From the NCBI GenBank assembly GCA_011773985.1, contig WVWN01000084.1, positions 23,738 to 87,737 on the forward strand: a DNA stretch of 64,000 nucleotides, in the 5' to 3' direction. Origin of the DNA: Candidatus Zixiibacteriota bacterium. GTDB taxonomy: Bacteria > RBG-13-66-14 > B26-G2 > WVWN01. The stretch's first letter is position 1. Every line of letters begins with the position of its first letter. Positions 26,754 to 36,671 of the stretch are shown here, in pieces. A program made the translations under genes and the position numbers. The notes beneath the pieces were generated by a model that searched no databases, was not told the DNA's origin, and worked only from the letters and a program-made list of their open reading frames with translations.

Positions 26754-28067
26754 TTACGCCGCGAGCGCCGGGTTCGGCGGCGCGGCGAGCCGCCTGCTCT
26801 TGGCGACGACGCCGCCCCCCACGACCGTCAGGGCCGGCCACCCCTGCGCCTCGAAGGCCGCGAAGGGCGTATTCTTGCCGCGGGAGAAAAACGTCGTCGC
26901 GTTTACGGGCGCCACCTTTTCCACGTCGAGCACCACGACGTCCGCGGGCGCCCCCACCGCAAGCGTTCCCCCCGGCATACCGAAAACCCTAGCCGGGCCC
27001 GTCGACACGAGGCGAACGAAGTCTCGCGGAGACATGCCCCCGCCGGATACCAACGAAGTGTAGCTGAGCGCAAGGTAGCTCTCGATTCCGGAAATGCCGA
27101 ACGCGGCGTCGTTAAACTCCACGTCCTTATCCACGATGGACAGCGGCTCGTGATGCGAGGCGACGGCGTCTATCGTCCCGTCGGCCAAACCCTCCTTGAC
27201 CGCGGCGACGTCCCGCTCGCCGCGCAGGGGCGGCGAGACCTTGGCGAACGTGTTGTAACCCCCCACCGCCCGCTCCGTCAGCAGGAAGTAGGGGGGCGAG
27301 GTGTCGCACGTGACCTTAATGCCGTCCGCCTTGGCCCGGCGGACCAGCTCCACCGAGCCGGCGACCGTGACCGGCGAGATGTGCGCGTGCCACCGCGTCA
27401 TGCGCGCCAATATTATATCGCGGATGACCATAACCTCTTCCGCGGACCACGGGACGCCCTTCAGGCCGAGGGTCGTGGAGACGAAACCCTCGTTCATCAC
27501 GCCGCCCGCGGCGAGCGACTCGTCCTGCGGAAAAGATATCACCGGGACGCCGAAACTCCGCGCGTACTCGAGGCCGCGGCGCATAACCTGCGAGTTCATC
27601 ACCGCGCGGTCGTCGCCCAACGCGACCGCGCCGCCCGTAACGAGGTCGCCCACGTCGGTTAGCGTTTCGCCCCCGAGGCCACGCGTCAACGCCGCCACCG
27701 GCTTGAGGCGAACCAAACCCTCCCGCCGGTTCTTGCTGAGCAGGAACTCGGCGAGGGTGATATTATCCAACGGCAAGTCGGCGCAGGGACGGCAAACCGC
27801 GGTCGTGACGCCGCCGGCCGCGGCCGCGCGCGACAAACTCGCCACCGTCTCCCGGTCCGCGCGCCCGGGCTCCGACAAATGCACGTGGAGGTCGACGGCG
27901 CCGGGCATCACCCACTTACCCGTCGCGTCGTAGACGACCGTACCTTTGGGCGGCCGCAAATTCGCCTCGCTCGCGGCTACCACGCCGTCCGCGAGCAATA
28001 GGTCGCAGACCCGGTCCACGTCCTGGGATGGGTCGATGACGCGGCCGTTTTTTATGAGCAACTTCAT
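26754..28067 (-). CDS. pyrC: Dihydroorotase (437 aa)
   Basis: Amidohydrolase metal motif GAVDLHVHLSEPG. The gene overlaps the pyrB stop by 4 nt within the pyrimidine operon. Confidence 0.88.
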   Translation of the reverse strand: MKLLIKNGRVIDPSQDVDRVCDLLLADGVVAASEANLRPPKGTVVYDATGKWVMPGAVDLHVHLSEPGRADRETVASLSRAAAAGGVTTAVCRPCADLPLDNITLAEFLLSKNRREGLVRLKPVAALTRGLGGETLTDVGDLVTGGAVALGDDRAVMNSQVMRRGLEYARSFGVPVISFPQDESLAAGGVMNEGFVSTTLGLKGVPWSAEEVMVIRDIILARMTRWHAHISPVTVAGSVELVRRAKADGIKVTCDTSPPYFLLTERAVGGYNTFAKVSPPLRGERDVAAVKEGLADGTIDAVASHHEPLSIVDKDVEFNDAAFGISGIESYLALSYTSLVSGGGMSPRDFVRLVSTGPARVFGMPGGTLAVGAPADVVVLDVEKVAPVNATTFFSRGKNTPFAAFEAQGWPALTVVGGGVVAKSRRLAAPPNPALAA

Positions 28068-28987
28068 TCGCGCTCGCCGGCCAGGAGGTAGAGCACGGCC
28101 ATACGGGCCGCGATGCCGTTCGTCACCTGTTGGACCATAAGGGGGAACGCGTAGTCCGCCACCTCCGGGGAAATCTCGACGCCGCGGTTCATCGAGCCCG
28201 AGTGCAACACCAACGCGTCCTCCGCGGCCAACGCCAGCCGCCGCGGCGTCAAGCAGTAGAAGCGGGCGTACTCCCGGAGCGAAGGGATCTGGAGACGATT
28301 GGCGTCCGTAATCTCTACGCGGGAGAGCAGGATTACGTCGGCGCCGGCGATGCCGTCCTCGACGCGCGTGGCCACGCGCACGCCGAACTGCTCGATACCG
28401 GGCGGCATGAGCGTAGACGGCCCGACGAGCGTCACCTCGGCGCCCATCTTCTTTAGGCCGTAGATGTTCGATATGGTTACGGGGCTCCGCGGGTGGTCGC
28501 CCAAAATCGCGACCCCGAGCCCCTCGAAGCGCTTCTTATGCTCCCATATCGTAAAGAGGTCCACCAACGTTTGCGTGGGATGCTCGTGGGGGCCGTCGCC
28601 GGCGTTGATGACGGAACACTGAACCTGCCGTGCGAGCTGGTGCGCCGCGCCGGCCATGGAGTGGCGCACCACGAGGAAGTCGACCTGCATGGCCTCGACG
28701 GTCTTGGCGGTATCGGTCAGGGTCTCGCCGGTGGCGGCCGAGGAAGTCGCCGCGGTGATATTGATGAAATCCGCGGAGAGGCGCTTGGCCGCCAACTCGA
28801 ACGAGATGCGCGTCCTGGTGGACGGCTCGTAGAATAGATTGGCTACCGTCCTGCCGCGGAGGGCGGGTACTTTCTTAACGGGCCGCGCGGCCACCGTCGC
28901 GAAGTTGGCGGCGGTGTCCAGTATGACGCGGAGTTCGCCCTCGCTCAGCGACTGTATGCCCAAAAGGTCTTTCGATTGCAGCGCCAC
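28064..28987 (-). CDS. pyrB: Aspartate carbamoyltransferase catalytic subunit (307 aa)
   Basis: FYEPSTRTRISFE, HEHPTQ and HSGSMNRG motifs. GTG start with AGGGG upstream. Confidence 0.93.
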   Translation of the reverse strand: MALQSKDLLGIQSLSEGELRVILDTAANFATVAARPVKKVPALRGRTVANLFYEPSTRTRISFELAAKRLSADFINITAATSSAATGETLTDTAKTVEAMQVDFLVVRHSMAGAAHQLARQVQCSVINAGDGPHEHPTQTLVDLFTIWEHKKRFEGLGVAILGDHPRSPVTISNIYGLKKMGAEVTLVGPSTLMPPGIEQFGVRVATRVEDGIAGADVILLSRVEITDANRLQIPSLREYARFYCLTPRRLALAAEDALVLHSGSMNRGVEISPEVADYAFPLMVQQVTNGIAARMAVLYLLAGERE

Positions 28988-29011
28988 GTTTGCCCCTAAA
29001 AAACGCCGGCC

Positions 29012-29569
29012 TTAACGTCGGCCGGCGCCGCAGAGATACGTTATCACGCGGTCGCCTTCGTCGCCGTAGACGACCTCTATAATACGCTCGCGCCCCACGT
29101 CCAATCGCTTCCCCACGAAGTTGGGTTGGATGGGGAGCTCCCGGCCGCCGCGGTCGATGAGGACCGCCAGCTCTATGCGCCGCGGCCTCCCCAGGTCCAT
29201 CAGGTTATCGATGGCCGCGCGCACGGTCCGGCCCGTGAAGATCACGTCGTCAACGAGCACCACCGTCATGCCGGCGACGTCGAACGCGATGTCGGTCGAA
29301 CGCACGATCGGCGCCGGCCCGATCTGCGAGAGGTCGTCGCGGTAGAGGGTTATGTCGACGGTCCCGGTGCCGGCCGGCCTCTCGCCCAATTGCTCGAGGG
29401 CGGCGATGAGCCGTTCGGCGAGGGGCACGCCGCCCGTATGTATGCCGACCAAGGCCAGCTCGTCCGCGCCGGCGTTCTCCTCGATAATTTCGCTCGCTAT
29501 CCGCGTAATGGCGTGCGCCGTGTCCGCGGCGGAAAGGATTTCTTTAACGTCGCTCTTTTCTTCAATCAT
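29012..29569 (-). CDS. pyrR: Bifunctional pyrimidine operon regulator / uracil phosphoribosyltransferase (185 aa)
   Basis: Start moved to ATG 29569 (AAGAGG RBS). PRPP-binding loop VVLVDDVIFTGRTVRAA. Confidence 0.9.
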   Translation of the reverse strand: MIEEKSDVKEILSAADTAHAITRIASEIIEENAGADELALVGIHTGGVPLAERLIAALEQLGERPAGTGTVDITLYRDDLSQIGPAPIVRSTDIAFDVAGMTVVLVDDVIFTGRTVRAAIDNLMDLGRPRRIELAVLIDRGGRELPIQPNFVGKRLDVGRERIIEVVYGDEGDRVITYLCGAGRR

Positions 29570-29590
29570 CAACGACCTCTTGCGGACGCC

Positions 29591-29665
29591 TAAAAAACCC
29601 CGCACCCGAAACACTTACGTTTTCGATTCCGGCGACGACGTTCCCCATGCGTCAACCTCTCCACG
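29591..29665 (-). promoter_or_regulatory. Candidate PyrR-responsive transcription attenuator in the pyrR leader
   Basis: The minus-strand leader contains UGGAGAGGUU (29654-29665 region), resembling the PyrR binding-loop core CAGAGAGGYU. An imperfect long hairpin ending in GGGGUUUUUU (T-run at 29592-29597) lies about 20 nt before the RBS. Confidence 0.45.
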
Positions 29666-29701
29666 TCAACTCAATAAAACACCTACACGCTGGTCGCGCA
29701 A

Positions 29702-29730
29702 AAATTACCACCCGACGCCCCATATTTCAA
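29702..29730 (-). promoter_or_regulatory. Sigma70-type promoter of the pyr operon
   Basis: Minus strand reads TTGAAA-N17-TAATTT. Confidence 0.55.
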
Positions 29731-29762
29731 GGTAAAAAAATCCCCCCGGCGCCGGAATGCCG

Positions 29763-31274
29763 TCATCTCTGCGACCTCCTTTCCGCGACGCGCGCGATCC
29801 ACCTCGCAACCGGCCGGTCGCCCCGCCCCAAATCCGCTTGCACCTTGGCCTCGCGCCAACTCCCACCTATGACGTCGACGCCCCGCGCGCGGGCCTTGAT
29901 CGTGCGGAGCCGCACGCGATATTCGGGCCGCGTTATCAAAGGGGCGCTAGCGAAAGCCGTCCCCGGCTTGGGCACGAGCGGATTAACGCGCGCCTCGAAG
30001 GTAAGGTTTTTAAAACGGCGTTTCAAACCGGCAAGCTCGTCGCCGACGGCCGCGACGTCGCCCTCGGCCTCGCCCGGGCCGCCGACGATATAATATAATT
30101 TAATTTTATTCAACCCCGCCTCGGCCGCGACCCCGAGGCACTCGGCCAATCGCCCGGGCGCCAACGGCTTCCCGAGGCGCGCGCGCATCTCGGCCGTCGC
30201 CGCCTCCGGCGCCAGCGCGACGCTCCGCTGGCCGGAAGCGCCGAGGGCCCTCAACACCGCGGGCGTATTGGGAGCCGCGAGCGCGAGGGAGCTGACGCTG
30301 AGCAGCATGCCCCGCTCGACGATGCCCTCCGCCAGCGCCACGACGTAGCCATAGTCTGCCAACGCCGCACCCACGAGGCCAACCTTACCGACATTAGCCT
30401 CGGCCTCGTCGACCGCCGGCCACAACGACGACAAAGCGCGTGTCCGAGGCGGCGAGCTTACGACGCCCGTTTGGCAAAACGAACACGCCCGGCCGCAGCC
30501 GCGGATGGGCTCAAGCAAGAGCAACCTCCCGAACTCGCCGTACGGCGTCGCAAGCCAGGAGCCGCCGCGATACGGCGTGAGGTCCATCAGGTGGGACGCC
30601 TTTACTTCCGCCGGCGCGCCTTCCTCCGGCACGACGGCCGGCCGCGACCCCGGCGCGCCGTACAGAACGCGGTACAACGTCGGTACGTAGACGCCGGGTA
30701 TCGCCGCCAAACGTCGCAACGTCTCCTTGCGGGGTGCGCCCCAACATTCGGAAAATACGTCCAGGACCGCGGGCAGGGATTCTTCCGCGTCGCCCAATAC
30801 GACGGCGTCGGCAAAGGGCGCAAGTGGTTCCGGATTGGCGGTAACGGCCGGGCCGCCGAGGATGACGAAGGGGTCGTACTCGCCGCGCTCGGCCGCCCAC
30901 GGCCGGACGCCGCCCCCCGCCAACATTCCGTATACGCGTACGTAGTCGGGCTCGTAATAAACGGAGAAGGCCACGACGTCGACTTCGGCCAGCGGCGTCC
31001 CGTACTCCAATCCCCGCGGGTCGTCGACGAAACCTTTGGGCGGCTTCCCCTTATAGTTTGCGAAGAAACGCTCCGCGCGGAACGCCGGATGGCCCGCAAA
31101 CGCGCCCCAAACGAGTTGGTAACCGAGGCTCGCCATCCCGACGCGGTAGCTGTTCGGGTAGCACGCCGCGGCCTTGAGGTCGCCGTCGCCGCCCGGCTCG
31201 GGCGCCGCCAAAGCCACCTCCGCGGCCAGGAGGTCCCGCCGCCGCCCGTTCCTATTTTTTTTCGGCATAACCAC
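29763..31274 (-). CDS. Radical SAM protein with B12-binding-like N-terminal domain (TIGR03960-like, 503 aa)
   Basis: CX3CX2C cluster motif CGRACSFC. N-terminal CYPNSYRVGMASLGYQLVW resembles that family; the assignment is from memory. Confidence 0.7.
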   Translation of the reverse strand: MVMPKKNRNGRRRDLLAAEVALAAPEPGGDGDLKAAACYPNSYRVGMASLGYQLVWGAFAGHPAFRAERFFANYKGKPPKGFVDDPRGLEYGTPLAEVDVVAFSVYYEPDYVRVYGMLAGGGVRPWAAERGEYDPFVILGGPAVTANPEPLAPFADAVVLGDAEESLPAVLDVFSECWGAPRKETLRRLAAIPGVYVPTLYRVLYGAPGSRPAVVPEEGAPAEVKASHLMDLTPYRGGSWLATPYGEFGRLLLLEPIRGCGRACSFCQTGVVSSPPRTRALSSLWPAVDEAEANVGKVGLVGAALADYGYVVALAEGIVERGMLLSVSSLALAAPNTPAVLRALGASGQRSVALAPEAATAEMRARLGKPLAPGRLAECLGVAAEAGLNKIKLYYIVGGPGEAEGDVAAVGDELAGLKRRFKNLTFEARVNPLVPKPGTAFASAPLITRPEYRVRLRTIKARARGVDVIGGSWREAKVQADLGRGDRPVARWIARVAERRSQR

Positions 31275-31334
31275 GGACGTAACAAAAGGCGCCGCGGCGC
31301 CTCGACGATGGTGCGGGCGAAGGTCCGCTCGCCG

Positions 31335-32261
31335 CTAGTGATTTAACTTTTCGCAAAAAACCTCCTCCGGATTTGGGGCACACGGTTCCGTCTCGAGCTG
31401 GAGCGTAGTGTGGTGGATTTTGAACCTGTCCGCGAGCGTAGCTTCCGCGGCCCGGCGCGTCTCGTCGCTCATCCCCTCGCACACGACGACGTGGGCCGAA
31501 AGGTTCGTTACGTGAGAACAAAGCGCCCACACGTGGAGGTCGTGGACGGACGTTACGCCCTCGAGCGCGGTCAACGCCTCGGCGATTTCCGCGGGCTTGA
31601 CGCCGGGAGGCGTGCCCTCGAAAAGGATCCGCGCCGCGTCCCTCACGAGCCGCCCCGCGCCCCAGAAAAGGAGTGAGCCGATCCCCAGGGCCAATATGGG
31701 GTCGACGGAGTACCAACCGGTAGCGATAACGACCAGCGCGCCGACGACGACCGCTATCGAGGCCAACGCGTCGCCGAGCACGTGGAGGAAAGCGCCCCGT
31801 AGATTTATGTCCGAGGCCGCGTGCCGCCGGAGCGAAAGGGCCACCGCGGCGTTCGCGACTAAGCCGACGGTCGCTATTATTAGCAGGCCCACGCCCTTGA
31901 CCGGCGTCGGCTCGAGCAGGCGGCGGATGCCTTCGACGAATATGAAGGCCGCGACGGCGACCAGCGCGGCGCCGTTTATCAAGGCCGCGAAGACCTCGGC
32001 GCGGTGCCAACCGTACGTCCGCCGCCCGTCCGCGGGGCGGCGCGCGAGGAGCAGCGCGCACAACGATAGACCCAACGCGAACACGTCCATGAAGACGTGC
32101 GCCGCGTCGGAGATTAACGCGAGGCTCCCCGACCATATGCCGCCGACGACCTCGCCGACCAAGATTACGGCGGTGACGGATACGGCGACGACGAGGCGCC
32201 GCGCCGGCCGCCCCGAGGTCAACTCGGACGAACTATTATTATGCTTTTTTGGCCCGGACAA
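31335..32261 (-). CDS. Cation diffusion facilitator family divalent-metal efflux transporter (308 aa)
   Basis: SLALISDAAHVFMDVFALGLSL, six TM segments and a C-terminal cytoplasmic domain (VHDLHVWAL). Confidence 0.88.
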   Translation of the reverse strand: MSGPKKHNNSSSELTSGRPARRLVVAVSVTAVILVGEVVGGIWSGSLALISDAAHVFMDVFALGLSLCALLLARRPADGRRTYGWHRAEVFAALINGAALVAVAAFIFVEGIRRLLEPTPVKGVGLLIIATVGLVANAAVALSLRRHAASDINLRGAFLHVLGDALASIAVVVGALVVIATGWYSVDPILALGIGSLLFWGAGRLVRDAARILFEGTPPGVKPAEIAEALTALEGVTSVHDLHVWALCSHVTNLSAHVVVCEGMSDETRRAAEATLADRFKIHHTTLQLETEPCAPNPEEVFCEKLNH

Positions 32262-32265
32262 AACG

Positions 32266-34512
32266 TCAGCGTTTTTTTCCGGTGTCGAGATAGTCGCAAT
32301 CCTTGCTCGCGCAGTACTTGCCCTTCTTCCCCTTCAAAAGATACGGCGCGCCGCAGGACGGGCACTCTTCTTTGACCGGGAGCGCCGCGGCCGTAAATTC
32401 GCAATCGGGGTAATTCTCGCAGCCGTAAAACCGCCGGCCGCCCTTGCCGCGCCGCTGGACGAGCTGGCCGCCGCACCGGGGGCATTCGGCGTCCACCTTC
32501 TTGCGGATGGGCCTGGTATTCTTACAATCGGGATAGTTCTCGCAAGCGAGGAATTCGCCGTAGCGGCCCCGCTTGACGACCATCGCGCCGCCGCATTTCT
32601 CGCACGTCTCGCCCGTCGCCTCGGGCTCGAGCGCGACCACCTTGCCGTTCTCGTCGCGCGCGAAATCCTTCGTTTCGCTACAGTCGGGGTAGTTCTCACA
32701 ACGCAGGTACTTTCCGAACCGGCCCCACTTGACCTCCATGACGCCGCCGCACGCGGGGCACACGACGTCGGTCCGCTCCGAGGCCCGGTCCCGGACGGCG
32801 TCCATCACCTCTTCCGCTTGCGCGAGGTCCGCGGCGAAGGGGCCGTAGAATTCGCCCAGGACCGCGTCCCATTCGGCGCGCCCCTCCTCCACGTCGTCGA
32901 GGCGCGACTCCATCTGCGCCGTAAATTTCACGTTGAAAATATCCGGGAAAGACGCGACGAGCAAGGCGTTCACCAACTTGCCGAGTTCGGTCGGATAGAA
33001 GGTTCGGCGGCGCCGCTCGACGTACTTGCGCTCGATGACAGTCGCGACGATGGGCGCGTACGTACTCGGGCGGCCGATGCCGTACTCCTCCAACGCCTGC
33101 ACGAGGGACGCGTCGTTATAGCGGGAAGGCGGCTTAGTGAAATGTTGCTCGGGCGTTACGCTCGCCAACGTAACCGCCTCGCCGACGGAGAGTTCCGGCA
33201 GGCGCGTCTCGGCCTCGTCGGGCCGCGGCGTAACTTTCAAGAATCCGGGGAACTTGAGGGCTTGCGCCGACGCGCGGAAGAGGTATCCGCCGCCCTCGAG
33301 CGCCGCCGAGGCGGTATCGTAGACGGCGTCCGCCATCTGCGAAGCCAGGAACGTGCGGTAGACTAAGCCGTAAAGTTTGAACTGGTCGGCGGTAAGGTGG
33401 ACCTTCATCTCCTCGGGGGTCCGGGCGACGTCGGTGGGGCGTACGGCCTCGTGGGCCTCCTCGGCCCCGCGCCGCGAGCGGTAGAACCGCGGCTTGGGCG
33501 GGAGGTAATCCGCGCCGAACCGTTTTTTAATAAACCCGCGGCAAGCCGACACGGCCGACGCGGCGACGCGCACCGAGTCCGTACGCATGTAAGTTATAAG
33601 GCCTACGCGCTCGCCGCCCCCTACGTCGACGCCCTCGTAAAGGGTTTGGGCCACGGCCATGGTCTTCTTGCCCGCGAACCCGAATTGCCTCGCCGCGGCC
33701 TGCTGCAACTTGCTCGTCGTGAACGGCGGCGGCGGCGAACGGCGCTTTTCGGCGCGTTCGAAAGCGGCGACGACGAAGCGCTGGCGCAGGATCTTGTCGC
33801 GCTCGGCCGAGGCCTCTTGTTCGCTCGCAAGGCGCCGGCCGTACTTATCCAACCGCCCCGGGGCCATTAACGTCTCGCCGTCTATGGCCGCGAGCGACGC
33901 GGCGAAACGCTCGCCCGTCGCGGCGACGCACTCCGCGTTTATGGTCCAATACTCCTCGGCGACGAAGTTTTCGATTTCTTCCTCGCGCTCGCATATCAAC
34001 CGCACGGCCACCGACTGGACCCGGCCCGCGGAGAGACCCGTAGTTACTTTTTTCCAAAGAATGGGGCTAACCTGATACCCGACGAGGCGGTCGAGTATGC
34101 GGCGCGCCTGTTGGGCGGCGACGAGGCGGAGGTCGAGGTCGCGGGGCTCGACCACCGCGGCCCTTATCGCCTCGCGCGTAATCTCGTTGAAAGAGATGCG
34201 GCGCGCGCGGTGGCCGTCCAAATGTTGCGAGAGGTGGTAGGCGATGGCTTCGCCTTCGCGGTCGGGGTCCGTGGCCAGGTAGACGGCCTCGACGCCCGCC
34301 GCGGCCTTGGCCAAGCCATTCAACACCTTCTCCTGCGACGGCGTAGCGACGAACGTGGGCGTAAAGCCTTCCGAGACGGCGACGCCGAGCTCGGACTTCG
34401 GCAGGTCCATCACGTGGCCCTGGCAAGACCTCACGACGTATTCCCTGCCGAGGAACCTGGAGATGGTCTTAACCTTGGCGGCCGATTCGACGATTACCAG
34501 CTTCTTGGCCAT
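32266..34512 (-). CDS. topA: DNA topoisomerase I with four C-terminal zinc-ribbon repeats (748 aa)
   Basis: TOPRIM MAKKLVIVESAAKVKTI, DPDREGEAIAYH, and the active-site region GLITYMRTDS. Repeated CPxCGG...C motifs in the C-terminal third. Confidence 0.95.
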   Translation of the reverse strand: MAKKLVIVESAAKVKTISRFLGREYVVRSCQGHVMDLPKSELGVAVSEGFTPTFVATPSQEKVLNGLAKAAAGVEAVYLATDPDREGEAIAYHLSQHLDGHRARRISFNEITREAIRAAVVEPRDLDLRLVAAQQARRILDRLVGYQVSPILWKKVTTGLSAGRVQSVAVRLICEREEEIENFVAEEYWTINAECVAATGERFAASLAAIDGETLMAPGRLDKYGRRLASEQEASAERDKILRQRFVVAAFERAEKRRSPPPPFTTSKLQQAAARQFGFAGKKTMAVAQTLYEGVDVGGGERVGLITYMRTDSVRVAASAVSACRGFIKKRFGADYLPPKPRFYRSRRGAEEAHEAVRPTDVARTPEEMKVHLTADQFKLYGLVYRTFLASQMADAVYDTASAALEGGGYLFRASAQALKFPGFLKVTPRPDEAETRLPELSVGEAVTLASVTPEQHFTKPPSRYNDASLVQALEEYGIGRPSTYAPIVATVIERKYVERRRRTFYPTELGKLVNALLVASFPDIFNVKFTAQMESRLDDVEEGRAEWDAVLGEFYGPFAADLAQAEEVMDAVRDRASERTDVVCPACGGVMEVKWGRFGKYLRCENYPDCSETKDFARDENGKVVALEPEATGETCEKCGGAMVVKRGRYGEFLACENYPDCKNTRPIRKKVDAECPRCGGQLVQRRGKGGRRFYGCENYPDCEFTAAALPVKEECPSCGAPYLLKGKKGKYCASKDCDYLDTGKKR

Positions 34513-34521
34513 TTTAGCTCG

Positions 34522-35640
34522 TCATAGGTAGATGCGGCGGTAACTGTTGCCGGGGAGTTTCTCCACCAGGCCCACGATCTCGAGGGCCAAGAGCGCGGCC
34601 GCGGCTCGAGCCGGGTCCCAACCCGCGCGCGCGGCGAGCTCGTCCGCGGTGAGCGGTTCGCCGGCGACGTGCTTCAAAAGCTCCTGCTCGTCCGCGCCCA
34701 ACGACTCGAGCGCCACGGACGGCGCCGCAAACGGGCGTCGCGCCCCCGCCTCATATTGGGGCGCGATTTCCTCCAGGATTTCCTGGGCCGAGCCGACCGG
34801 CTTCGCGCCGCCGGCGATCAGTCGACGGCAGCCGTCGCTGGAAGGCGAGAAAATGCTCCCCGGCACGGCGAAGACCTCGCGGCCCTGGTCCGCGGCGTGA
34901 GTCGCGGTAATGAGGGCGCCGCTCCCCTCACCGGCCTCCACCACCAAAACGCCCGCGGCGAGGCCGCTGATTATTCTATTGCGGCGGGGGAAGTTTTGCG
35001 CTTCCGGGCGGGCCGACGGCGAAAACTCCGAGAAGACGACGCCGCTCGCGCATATATCCAGATATAAACTTTTGTTCTCCGGCGGGTAAACGACGTCGGC
35101 GCCGCAACCCAGAACGGCGACCGTAACGCCGCCCACTTTGAGCGCCGCGCGGTGGGCGCAGGCGTCTATGCCGCGCGCCATCCCGCTTACGACGGCCGCG
35201 CCGGCCTCCGCCAACGGCTCGCATATGTAGGCCGTCGCGCGCTCGCCGTAGTCGCTTGGGCGCCTGGTCCCGACGGCGGCCAGGGCCAAAGCCGGCAACC
35301 GGTCCAGAGCGCCTTTGTAATACAATACCGGCGGCGGGTCGTAGATGGCGGCGAGCGGTTCCGGGTAATCGTCGTCGCCCCACAAGAGCAAGTTTAAACC
35401 CAGCTCTTCCGCGCGCGCCATCTCCTCGTCCACGTGTTTCCACGCGTCGAAAGAAATTATAGCCCGGGCTCTCTCGCCGCCGATGCCTTCGAGCGCGGCG
35501 AGGTCGTCGAAATTTTTCGCGAAGACGTCGGCCGGCCCGCCGAAGGCCTCGAGCAAACGTTGGAAATACACGCTGCCGATTCCCGGAACGCGGGCCAGGG
35601 CCAGCGAGGCCCGAACGTGCTCTTTTCGGTTCGGCTCCAC
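34522..35640 (-). CDS. dprA: DNA-processing protein A (372 aa)
   Basis: LARVPGIGSVYFQRLLEAFG N-terminal SAM-like region. Rossmann core GMARGIDACAHRAAL...VLGCGADVVYPPEN...RNRIISGL. GTG start. Confidence 0.9.
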   Translation of the reverse strand: MEPNRKEHVRASLALARVPGIGSVYFQRLLEAFGGPADVFAKNFDDLAALEGIGGERARAIISFDAWKHVDEEMARAEELGLNLLLWGDDDYPEPLAAIYDPPPVLYYKGALDRLPALALAAVGTRRPSDYGERATAYICEPLAEAGAAVVSGMARGIDACAHRAALKVGGVTVAVLGCGADVVYPPENKSLYLDICASGVVFSEFSPSARPEAQNFPRRNRIISGLAAGVLVVEAGEGSGALITATHAADQGREVFAVPGSIFSPSSDGCRRLIAGGAKPVGSAQEILEEIAPQYEAGARRPFAAPSVALESLGADEQELLKHVAGEPLTADELAARAGWDPARAAAALLALEIVGLVEKLPGNSYRRIYL

Positions 35641-35649
35641 TTAGGGCGG

Positions 35650-35678
35650 ATTTTATTGAAGGCCGCGGTAACTGTCAA
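35650..35678 (-). promoter_or_regulatory. Sigma70-type promoter of the dprA-topA operon (leaderless configuration)
   Basis: Minus strand reads TTGACA-N17-TAAAAT, with 9 nt between the -10 and the GTG at 35640. Confidence 0.6.
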
Positions 35679-35742
35679 GATAAAATTAACGAAACGTATC
35701 CGCTTGACCGCGACCGCGCCGTATGTTATTCGTTCTCAGGTA

Positions 35743-36531
35743 ATGATAGATTATATCAAAGTCTTGTTCCTCGCCGCCGCTTTGGCCGCGCTTCCGGCGG
35801 CGTTCGCGCAGGAGGAAGAAACCCAGGAAGAACCGACCGAGGCTCTAGCCTACCTCCCGGCGTCGGTTTACCCGGCGATATACATCTACGGAGGGGCGGC
35901 GCGAGGACCCTCCTTCGACGCCGCGGACGACATTACGGGGAGGGCCGCCGCGGTGCACGCGGGCGGGCCGCTCGACGACGTCGGGACCATGTCCGCCTTC
36001 GGCGTGACCTTCGACTTTTATATATTCAAACGCTTCGCGACCTCCCTCATATTAACACACGAAATAGCCCCCCGCCGCAAGGCCACCTTAGCATACGACT
36101 TCGCCTCCTTTCCCAAAATCTCCCGCCTCATCACGGAACCGGTGATGATAGAGGAACAGCTCGAGTACAAGTTTCAAAACATAGATTATAAAATCGCGGT
36201 CAAGTACGTTTTTTTTCCGGACTGGCGCGCAACGCCCTACGCGGCCGCCGGCCTCGGCGGCAACTCGACGTTGATCGAGCTCCGGGACCAGGTGTCGAAC
36301 GCGTTGATCCAAAAAGCGCTGAACGGCGCGCTACTGACAAACGGCTCCTTTCAACAGTTCTCGTTCGACTGGGCGCTGTACGCGGGCGTACAACTCAACC
36401 TGGGCGACTCGCTGTTCTTCGTCGCGGAATACGTCCGCGACCGGCAATTCCGCGAGCATACCTTCGCCGGCTACAGATACCGGACCAATCTGGAAGGTTT
36501 GTACGCGGGCGGCGGGTGGCGCTTTCTTTAG
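35743..36531 (+). CDS. Putative outer-membrane beta-barrel protein (262 aa)
   Basis: Start moved to ATG 35743, giving the signal peptide MIDYIKVLFLAAALAALPAAFAQ. Alternating aromatic/hydrophobic beta pattern; C-terminus YAGGGWRFL. Confidence 0.65.
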   Translation: MIDYIKVLFLAAALAALPAAFAQEEETQEEPTEALAYLPASVYPAIYIYGGAARGPSFDAADDITGRAAAVHAGGPLDDVGTMSAFGVTFDFYIFKRFATSLILTHEIAPRRKATLAYDFASFPKISRLITEPVMIEEQLEYKFQNIDYKIAVKYVFFPDWRATPYAAAGLGGNSTLIELRDQVSNALIQKALNGALLTNGSFQQFSFDWALYAGVQLNLGDSLFFVAEYVRDRQFREHTFAGYRYRTNLEGLYAGGGWRFL

Positions 36532-36565
36532 CAGGACAAGGCCGGCGCGCGCCGAATAATCGTCC

Positions 36566-36594
36566 TTGCAAGGGAATATAAAATAAAGTATAAT
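36566..36594 (+). promoter_or_regulatory. Sigma70-type promoter upstream of the lipoprotein gene
   Basis: TTGCAA-N17-TATAAT. Confidence 0.6.
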
Positions 36595-36671
36595 CTTTAT
36601 GAAAAAGGTCATAATTGGCCTTAGGCGACGCGAGAAGTGCTACAAGCGGCATCCGGGATTTTAGGGTAATT

